Positions 54,501 through 64,000 of a stretch of 64,000 nt of DNA are shown piece by piece (positions within the stretch are counted from its first letter, which is position 1; each line of letters opens with the position of its first letter). The DNA is from the human T2T-CHM13v2.0 reference genome, Homo sapiens: assembly GCF_009914755.1 (NCBI RefSeq), contig NC_060927.1; one strand, written 5' to 3'. The notes under the pieces are model-generated. The model searched no databases, was not told where the DNA came from, and saw only the letters and a list, made by a program, of their open reading frames with translations. The position numbers and the translations under genes are program-made.

Positions 54501-57312
54501 CTAAGAAAAAAAGCTATAGTGCCAAGAGATAATTTCTAAATTAACATATTCCCCCCCCCTCCCAAATGATATTCCCTTTTGTCTCCAGACTCCTCCCATT
54601 TGAGAGAAGCTAGATCTTGAAGTTGATTATTGTTTCAGGAAAGACAGCAGAAGAGAAGGACGGGGGAGTTGATCACTGGCTTTTGAGTTTTTGAAGTCCT
54701 TCATGAGTTTGATCATGGATTGAGAGACTATCTGAGAGTAAGAACAAAGTTTTTCTGCTCACCATGCCTTTCCTCTACTGCATTTCTAGCTAAATCAAAG
54801 TCCTCGTACTGGGAGTTGGAAGAGAATCCAACGGGACTTAGATGTGGTGTGTCCCTGAGAGAAGAGGTGTGCACCACAGTAGAACACGGGAACATGCAAC
54901 AAGGTTGTGGAAACAGCGCGAACAGCACCAGGATCTGCCGCCCTGTCCAGGTAAATAGGCCTCAGACAGCTCAGAGTGGAGTGGGAGCAGCAGGAAGAAG
55001 AGCTGCCCTCCATCAGACCCCTCTCCCTGATGTCTTGCACATCTTAGGACAGTCAGACAAGGGTGAGGAAGACCACCTAACTGATGGGGACAACTGTCTG
55101 ACTCATATTAGATATTCACACTGGACACTTTTAAGGATGGCAAAATTTGGAACCGACATAAAAATTAAGTGTAGTTATAAAATAAAGGTAAACTTCTTGC
55201 ACAGCTGAATTTATGACAATAGCATAAGGCTAAGGAGAGCAGGAGGAGAAGAGCTTACCAAAAAGTGGATACTATTGATGGGAATACCAAGTAGGGAGAA
55301 AAAGGTGATGAGGCAGGAAGATGAAGTCAGCAGCTTTTTCCAGCTTAGAATTATCTTTCTCACGCCTATGGTCCTTTATATTTGGGAGCGAATGCCACCT
55401 CCAATTCTGATCCTTTCACTTGCTAGCCGAGCAGCTCTGGTCTTTTTACCTCACTCTCCTCATTTGTAAATCGGTATTCTAACAGCTCCTAGTCTAATTT
55501 GTTTTATACCATGATGAAGTGAGATATAAAAGTTATTTATAAAATGTAAGTTGCTATAGAGATGCTAGGAATATTTGATATTTTTATTCTTACATAAATA
55601 AAGACTTCTATCTATGCAAAGGACCATTTCGTACATAGGGAAGAAATACCTAAATCATATTTGTGGACAAATTCCCTAGGAATACATTTGCAGTTTCAGG
55701 AATCTTACCTTAATCCTCTGTTTAATCAAGATCCTTTCCACAAATATGTACATGAGTGGGAGGATCTATGTAGGCTGTGCAATAAAGTATTTAGACCAGA
55801 CTGGGATTTAGATCTTTCTGAAGAAGTTAACAAAAAAGAAATAATGTATTTTTACTTCATGTGTCTGTCTCTGAAACTGGCCTCTATCGGTACTTAAGTT
55901 ACACAGATATTAGTGCTGATGAGTTCGTTTTTCCAAAAAGGAAAACTAGAAGCCACTTGTCATTTAAGGTTATTTGGAGCCATTTTGCACATTTGTTGAA
56001 AGGCAGCGTTGTTTGTCATTTCTATTCCTCTGGAACTCTCTGAGTTTTCCTGGGAATCAAGGCAAGTTCTATACACCCGCTACAGTGAAAGGAGAGAGGG
56101 CAGCCCAAGGGCAGTGAGACTTTCTGTGTTTCCTCCCCATGTCTGCTCACTGCCACACTCTCTGTTACCAATGAGAGAAGTCATTCTTCACTGTCAGGCT
56201 GCTGGGAGGTGTGAGGCAGCTGCTGTGTTTGAATGAGAAGGACAGTTTTCCTTGGGCTTGAGGTTTACAGGTCAGATACTATGGCAACATTCTGGGTAAA
56301 AGATATGATCAGTATGCAAATCCTCATCACTATCATTATAGGACACATTTCAACACATTAAAGGAGTATTTTGTAATTATACTGAACATATTTATGTTAA
56401 CTACATTTTCTTGTCTCAATTTTGAATTAAGCAGACCCATTTTAATGTAAAATCTGCTTGTGTTGAACAATTTAGGGATAGATAATGAACTCTCCCTACA
56501 TTTAGGTCATGTTAAAACATTTTCCCTCTCTTTATACCATTTGGAAACAGAAAAACTAAACAGTCTGTAAGCATAAAAGACAAAGTTTCTATTTCTGTGT
56601 TGCTGTATAGTCTCTTCTCTCATTACAATGTGCTGTGTATTTTAATTTTTTGCCTAAAGAATATTTTATAAGTAGTATCTTACTAATTAAACAAATTCAA
56701 GTAGACTTAACAAAGTACAAATGAGAACTAGGACTGCCTGAACTATAACTAGAAGATTAGTTTCTGCTCAGTGAGATCAACAGGAATATAAATCTAAAGA
56801 ACAGAACTGTGCGATCGTCTTTGCCCGGAGGTTCAACTCAAACTCCTTTCCTGTGAAACCTTGGCCTCAGTAGTTTTCTATCTACAGAGTGCAGGGTTGG
56901 ATAAAACCTCTATGGCCTTCCAATTGTGGGAGTCATGGTTTTTAAGGTTGCATCTCTTTTGTACATGTGTATAAACCATTCTCATGTTTATGAAGAGATT
57001 GTGCTTCAAACTGTGTAGTGCTCTCATCCTCCTCTGAACCCAAAGCACCCTATTCACCCCACTAATTGGTCAATTAATCACATGTCATATTAAACATTTG
57101 TTTTCATTTCACATTTATTGTGACTTAATTCTTATATTGTTAAACATTTCCTGTTTGTGTATATTGTGTCTCCATATAAATGCAAAGGCTGGCTGTGTCT
57201 CCCTCACCTATCTCTGAATATCTTAGCAAGGGTCTGGTATAAGGTAGGTGAGGATATGTTGATCTGATTAGATGTCAGACAGGGAAGAGGAAGCTCCATG
57301 ACAACTGCCTAC

Positions 57313-57441
57313 CTGTAAGCATGCCTTCATTCACCACGCAGCTTCCATCAATCAAAACAGCATCACATGGCAATGAAAATTTTCCTGGAAGAATAAGAAT
57401 GTCTCCGGGAACCAAGAGACGGGATTCCAGCTCCTCCAAAC
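57313..57441 (-). CDS. ATP13A5: ATP13A5 coding exon (~exon 9), 129 nt, A-domain LEELESRLLVPGDILILPGKFSLPCDAVLIDGSCVVNEGMLT(G)
   Basis: gtag|GTTTG acceptor, CAG|gtaggc donor; LVPGD and PCD motifs; phase 1 to 1. Confidence 0.95.
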
Positions 57442-58115
57442 CTACACCAAAGCAAAGTTTCCATGAATAGCTGACCTTTTCCTGTTTTTACTTAAGAATG
57501 AAGGCAACTAAGAATCCTTATCAACCTGTTGGCCAAGAGCTACCCTACCTGTTCAACTGTTGAAGCCCCTTTTTAGTCAATTGAAAATTCCGAAAGAATC
57601 AGGATTAGGAAATTGGTTCCTGGGACTCAGAAAAGGATTAGCTAAGCAACAGGATCCCATCTTGATCCTAGTACCTGGTGTGCTTTGCCCACAGCAGATA
57701 CACAAGGGCACTGGGCAAAGCAGAAGTGCAGCTTCCTGCTGTTTGCTCTCGTCCGGGTTTCTGATTCCTGTGGTTGGTACACTTTGTCTTCTTGGATTGA
57801 GGCCTTACTTAAATTGCCCAAATAACTTCTGCTGTCCCAGGGTGCAGCTCCTCGCTCCTTGCAAAAAGCCACAGCCACTCCACCTCTGACTAGCTCAGAA
57901 CAGATGCCAAGTGTCCAGACAGCTATCTAAAAGCCCCATTCAGGCCCAGGTTCCAGATGGCAGTTCAAATTGTGTGATGCAGGGTCTGTTTGGGATAGTT
58001 AGACTGGGAAATAAAGGAACCTTAAGAAGGTTTACCCAATGTTATTCAAATGAGTGACATGTGAAGGGGAGAGGGAATTTGAAGGAACCCAGACATTGGG
58101 TAAGAATGACGGAAT

Positions 58116-58280
58116 GAGGGCTTGGGTGAGGGTAAGGCAAGCAAGCTGTCCAGTGTACAAAATTCAATGAGGCCCTTGTTCTCAGGGCCCTGCAGCTGTG
58201 GGGTCAGCACTGGCATGATCTTGCCTCTTTAAATTTTCTATCTTAGAGGGCTTCTTTGCCTCACCCTCGTCCCAGTTCTG
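58116..58280. mobile_element. MER91A-like hAT-Tip100 MITE
   Basis: Inverted ends AGGGCTTGGGTGAGGGTAAGGCAAG and TTGCCTCACCCTCGTCCCAGTTCTG. Confidence 0.65.
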
Positions 58281-58388
58281 GGTTCAATCTGAAAAGATTA
58301 TTTCTCCTTGACTAATAATTAAGGACAAATGAGACCAATTCCCCCCTGAAATATTAAGATGCTGAAGATGGCCTAACACATCACTTAC

Positions 58389-58461
58389 CTTTGTCTTTTA
58401 CAATGATTGTAACCTGGACTTTGTTGTGGTCCTCCACGAGGTTATGCAGCTTAACTGATTG
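58389..58461 (-). CDS. ATP13A5: ATP13A5 coding exon (~exon 8), 73 nt, QSVKLHNLVEDHNKVQVTIIVKDK(G)
   Basis: tag|CAATCA acceptor and AAAG|gtaagt donor; phase 0 to 1. Confidence 0.93.
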
Positions 58462-58734
58462 CTACCAAGTAAAAGTTAACATTTAAACATTAGATAGTTC
58501 ATATTCTGAAAACCACATGATCTCATTACAGTAAATACCAGGCCAGCTGTCACAGCTAAAGTGACTCTGGGCAAAGGACTCAACTTCTTTTGATGCTTCA
58601 GCTTCCTTGCTCCAACCCCTACCTCACCTGACCCGCTATGTGCAGCAGCAAATATGCTTATTAGTTTAATGCTATCTCACTCCCAAGAAAAAATAATGCA
58701 CAGTCACTGCCTCAAGGACCTAAGCCAAGGAACC

Positions 58735-59172
58735 TGTTAAAAGAAACTTTAGACAAATTAAATTTAATGGGAGTTTAATTGAGGAAGAAAAAAAAAGTGA
58801 TTCGCATATCAGGCAGCCACCAGAATCACAGCAGATTCAGAGAGACTCCAGGGATGCCTGATGGTCAGAATAAATTTATGGAACAAAGAAGGGAAATGAC
58901 TACAGAACTCGGAAGTGAGGTACAGAAACAGCTGGATTGGTTACAGGTTGGTGTTTGCCTTATAGTAACAGTTTGAGCACTCAGCAGTGTATGAGTGGTG
59001 GAAGTATGGCTGCTGTATGAGTCGCTGAAGATTGGCCAAGACTCAGGTATTGTAACAGACGCATAAGTTAGGTTTTCAATCTTGTCTATTAAGTTAGGTT
59101 AAGGTTGGTCCACAAGGACTCAAATATAGAAGTACAGAGTCCTTCTCAGGCCATATTTAGTTCACTTTAACA
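58735..59172 (-). mobile_element. MER57-family ERV1 solo LTR, sense to ATP13A5
   Basis: Minus strand begins TGTTAAAGTGAACTAAATATGGCCTGAGAAGGACTC; TG...CA termini; perfect 4-bp TSD AACC. Confidence 0.88.
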
Positions 59173-62100
59173 AACCAAAGCTACATTTCTTGAAGATGCA
59201 CAATCAGAATGAGGAAGAATGAGACTGTGAGCAGGTTACTTCCCTCTCTATGCCTCTGTCTCCTTGTCTGTAAAACAACAAAGCTAAATGTTCTCTGTAA
59301 GTGGCTTTCTGCTTGTAAGTGTCTGTGAATGTTTGGGTTGTGTTCTGATTGCATGTGGGACAGCCATCCTCTCCTTTATGAACTGTGGATTTTCATATTG
59401 GTTAAGTCTGCAGATGGGAGTTATGCTGTTAAGTCGTGAATCTTGTGCTACTGCTTATGAGTTATTTAGCCTGTTTAACTCCTTTTTGCTCATCAGAAAG
59501 GGGAGATTATAACAGAATACAATAGGGTTAAGTTTTAAGGTATTTTATTCTTATAGAGCCCTCTGTGTAGTACTCAATACTATGCTAAGAGCTCATGAGT
59601 GTTAGTGATTCATAAGAAAGTTGTTGGGAAAACAGTTGTGAGAGCACGTTAACTGGAAAGACTTGCTTGAGATCGTTTATTGAGTTAGGACTCTGTGAAA
59701 AGTGGAGAAAATGGAAGGAGCCTGGAGAAGTGGAGAAAGCATCTTATAGGATAACACAGGGGACAGAAAGGCAGAGGTGAGAGATGATTTCATCCATACA
59801 GTTCCCCAGACTGACTGTTGGGGCAACATCAGCGAGAGAAAGTTCCATGCTGGGCCAGCCCTGGAAGGTACTGCCTCTTCCTGTTTGGATGTCGGTGACT
59901 TGGATGCCTCTAACTGGAAGTGGGTTTGAATACTGTCAGCAATACTTAATTCACCTTAACCTAATTCAAATGTAAAACTTTTTTTCTTTTAGCTGTTAAA
60001 TTGTTTTGATCTGTTCTGTTGGTGATATTTAATGTTACAAATGTCACCAGGCTAAGACAAGCATTACACATAATTAGGCAACTTTCCCCTTAAGAAAACA
60101 TAATGAACCCAGCGTTAATATTTATATGGAAAAATTTATGATATACTTCAGTTTTGCATGGAAAGTTAAACTTTGGTAATTTGGATCAATTGAGTGGAAG
60201 AAGCGATAGTACTGTTTAGTGCATATTCATTGCTCTAAGGTGACTTCCTGAGGCTTAACTGTTGGGGCATGCATTTAAATGATGCGTAATAGTGGGAAAG
60301 TCAGCTGTGTTTCTGTGGGCAAAGAACCCTGGAGTCAGTCAGGATTTCTGAGTCGTAGGTCAGGCATACCCCCTAATCAGTCAGGTAATGTGAGTATGTA
60401 AGAAATTGCGCCTTAGAATTTAGTCGTTTTCTCTGTAAACAGACAACACTGAATTGGATCACTTTCAAGTTATACCTTCAAGCTCTAAAATGATATGACA
60501 TTGATTTATTTTGCATGTCAGAGATGTATTTAAAACCTGCAAGGCATCATAGAAGAAATACACATGGTATATAAAATGGCTCAAATCTTTATTATTTATA
60601 AATAGTTTAAAACATGAAGCAGTTATTATGTGCCAGGCATTGTTGTAGGCACTTGAACAACAGTATTTAATTCTCAAAATAATTATATGATGAAAATGTT
60701 ATCTCTAACATACATGTAAAAACCAAAAAAAAGGGGTTGAAAAATGTTAAAGTAATCTTTTCACCATCATTTACTTACTAGGTAAATCAAACCTAGGTTC
60801 ATCTGACTCTAAAACCTTTTCTGTTGGGGAATATGTTCTACTAGTGCTTAAAAATAGCATTTTTTTTCTTTAAGAAGATAAAAATCCTTCCTTAGATTTC
60901 TTTTTTTTTTTTTTTGCTTAGAAACTCGTTTAGATAATGCCAAATTCAGCTTAGCATAAGAGGATGATAATCAACACATTTGGAAGTGGTGAAGTATGAG
61001 TTAATCATACTTGACTGTAATTCTCAAAACTCATTATGCTGTAGAGCTGGATTGGTTTATTAGACTTAGCAGTCTGTGTAACCTGTCATGCTTCCAGGCC
61101 TCTGCTCAAGCTAGTCCCTAGGACGTCCACTCCGGTTTTCTACTAGCAAACTCTTTCTAATCCTTCTCATAAAGGCCTACTCAAATGTCACCTCCACTCT
61201 GCAAATCCCTACAATTCTCAGGAAGAATTCATTGTTCTGCTCTCTCCACCTGTGTGAGTGTACTGATCACATTCCATTATAGCTATCTGCTGTCTTGTCA
61301 GGCCTCCCTCGTGAGTCAGGCAGTAGAGAGAAGAAAGGCACCATGTACATTATGTATCTGTGGATTCCTCTAGAGCCTATCACATAGTAGGCCCTTGTCA
61401 AATATGTATTTATTAGAACCAAATTATTCTACTTCTCCCAACAACACTGGAGTGGGATAATGTTAGCCTCCTCTTTGAGTTAATGCGCTCAGAAAATCTG
61501 CAAACACGGGTTTCTATGGCAACCAACTAGCTAGGAGAAGGCAAACCCTGCAGTGCTTGCCATGACTGCAAAGCTCGTTGCCTGATTTTCATTAGGCCAC
61601 CTTTAGTTTCTTCTGTCCCTGTTCAGCAGGACCAGGATCAGTTTCCAAGATGAATTTGCATATCGTTATTATTCAGCATCTGTTGCTACGTGCCCTTGTG
61701 TTTGTTGTGGCTGGATTTCCTCTAGAGATGAGTAATGAGGGTATTAACTCAGGTGCCTCTTGAGCTTGGCTCTGTCATGACTGAAGGCAAAGCACTGTGG
61801 GCCAGATACTCCCAATGCTATTTCTAGCAGCCACCCGTGGAGCTCAGCAATACAGTATGCACATACAGTTCAATGCAAATACAGTTGAGTACCAAGGTTT
61901 GCACTCATGCCTGCACCAAACTTGTTAGAAAGGGACGGAAGCGGGAGGGTTTCTTGGCTTAGGAAAGGTAAGCTTTCTTTGTGTAGCATGATTTGGGGCC
62001 CCAGTAGATGCAGAAAAACATCTTATTCTACTCCTGCAAACACTTACTCTCTTACAATTTTCCAAAGCCTGTGTTTGTTTACCTAAGTCTTTAATTCAGT

Positions 62101-62799
62101 GAAATAATGAACTTCAATGTAGCTCAACAGAATGATTTGGAGATAGCAGTAGATGCTCCTTCTTTCAGTCCTGCCAAAGCCCTTCCCCAAATCTTACTGC
62201 TGCAAGGAAATTCATGAGTCACTTTGAGATTGCGCTCAATGGGACAGTGTGTATGTAGTACTTGACTTGGAATCAGAAAACCTGGGGCTAAGGCCACTGT
62301 TACTGGGTGAGTGTGAATAAGTCCCTTCACCTCCTGGATTGCCCCTGTCCCTCCCTCTCAGGTGGTTAGGAGGCTATAAAAATCATGTATGTTTTATTTC
62401 ATAATTTGCCATGTCCCATACAAACACATACATTGTGAATGTGGGCGCCTATTGTAAACCATAAAGTCCTAAACAGATGCTGATGAATGAGGACTTGTGA
62501 TTTAAATTGCAAATACACAGTTTCAGGAAACTGGCTCATTTTGTGGAGTGTTACAAGGTGCTTTACAGGTTGGGTTAGGTACCCTTTTATTAGTAAATAC
62601 TGGCTGCTAATGAGATTAGTGTTTGTCCTCTAATTCCTTTTCTGTTTTTTAAAGAAATCTTTTGCAATACTGCCACCAAGTCTAAAGTTCCCATATTAGC
62701 CACTGTTTTGAACAAAGGAATGTAGGGATTCTGTTAAGATATGGAACCTGAATGTTTAAATTCCAGTAAGGATTTTTAAATAGGCAAATTACAAGTATT

Positions 62800-63550
62800 A
62801 GAAAACAGGTATCACCTAACTTTGGAAGGGGAGTTCTTATAAGCAAAACAATAAACCGTAAAGGAAAACAGAAATATATTTGACTCTATATAAATGTTCA
62901 TCCACAGCTAAAGTCAAAGTCTAGAGAAATAGACTAAAAAGTAAAACTTTTTCACATATATGATGAATATAAAGAGGCCCTTAATATAAAATGAAAATGC
63001 AAAACACTATTAGACAACAAAAAGTGTCTAGTCTCACCAGCAATCAGGAAAATGTACCTTAAAACATCAATGAGATCCGGTTTTTTTAAAGACGTTAGAT
63101 TTTAAAAATCGTAAATATCAATATAACTCCAGAAACTGATGAATCCAGGGGAAATAAATACTCTTGTGTGTTTCTGATTTAAAAAAATTCTTTCATTTGT
63201 GGAAAATAATATAGCAGCATCTATTAAAATTCAAAACATACATATGCCTTGATGCAGTAACCTGGCTTTTGGTTGCTATGCTAAAAAATGCAAACACTAA
63301 TATGTAAGAACACGCCCATACTGTAGTAGTAACTTTTAATTCAACATTATTTGTGGTGGCAAAAGATTGAGGGGAAATTACTTTCAACAAGTAACGGAAT
63401 AGTTGAATAAATTATGATATATCATGGAATATTATAGTATTATTTTAAAAACATGAATTATAATTATTTATTTACTTGGTGAATTGCCATTATATATAAA
63501 GTGAAAAATGAAAGTTCCAGATTAATGTGCATAGTAAGATCTTATTTTAA
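62800..63550 (+). mobile_element. Highly diverged L1M (L1ME-like) fragments
   Basis: Degenerate L1 ORF2-3' motifs (CTCACCAGCAATCAGGAAAATG, TTTGTGGTGGCAAAAGATTG, GAATAAATTATGATATATCATGGAATATTATAG). Confidence 0.55.
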
Positions 63551-64000
63551 TTTTAAAAATTAATAAAGACATAAATCTCCATATAAGCTGGTATATATAT
63601 ATGCACTTAATAGAGTAAAATGAATGAAAAATATGATGGCATTAATAAATAAATACATATATCTGGGACCTTCGTGTTTGAATTTATCCTTCAGTGGGTT
63701 CCCTTATAATAATCATTCTTAAGCTTTCAGAATGCATAACAATCATTAGTTATAAAACTTTTAAAAATGAAGATTCTAACCCTGGATATTTTGATTTAAT
63801 AAGCCAGAAGCTCAAAAATGTCAAGGAATTCTCTTGCTGAAACACTGCCTTATTGAGTATAGAATCAAACCTAATTTTTTCTACAACCCATCCCCTAACT
63901 CCCACACAGGAATTTCTGTATTTCTTTGGGATTTCCGTAAAGATATACCCGAATATCAAATGAACACATAGACATTATAAAGGACTTCTAAGAGGGAGAC

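Noticed and set aside
54720-55208. 162-aa plus-strand ORF, the longest non-repeat ORF in the window
   Set aside because: Starts at TTG, has no recognisable domain or composition bias, and is antisense within an intron; a length reachable by chance in 64 kb x 6 frames.

Overview
Primate (almost certainly human-type) genomic DNA covering the middle of the P5B-type P-type ATPase gene ATP13A5 on the minus strand. Nineteen consecutive GT-AG coding exons (58461 down to 3271; about exons 8-26 by recalled reference numbering) join in frame to 2282 nt (about 760 codons, QSVKLHNL...EVYQY) with no stops. They carry the TGES, PPVLP, DKTGT, KGAPE, TGDN and GDGANDC motifs. The introns hold typical eutherian/primate repeats: Tigger1, MER58A, MER47, MER91, MER5/MER3-type elements; solo LTRs (MER21, MLT1, MST, THE1, MER57), several with intact TSDs; three Alus; a 3.2-kb L1PA with an 18-bp TSD; and two 5'-inverted L1s. 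I find no convincing novel gene system. The most unusual signals are: (1) a ~206-bp, ~95% identical copy of unique intronic DNA inserted into a TA/TG microsatellite 1.6 kb away; (2) a double fold-back insertion scar inside an old L1; (3) plus-strand splice signals overlying coding exons, consistent with a spliced antisense RNA (ATP13A5-AS1 recalled in this region); (4) candidate poison exons and a sense-oriented MER57 LTR just upstream of an exon. Repeat subfamily calls were made by eye, so their boundaries are approximate unless a TSD is given.
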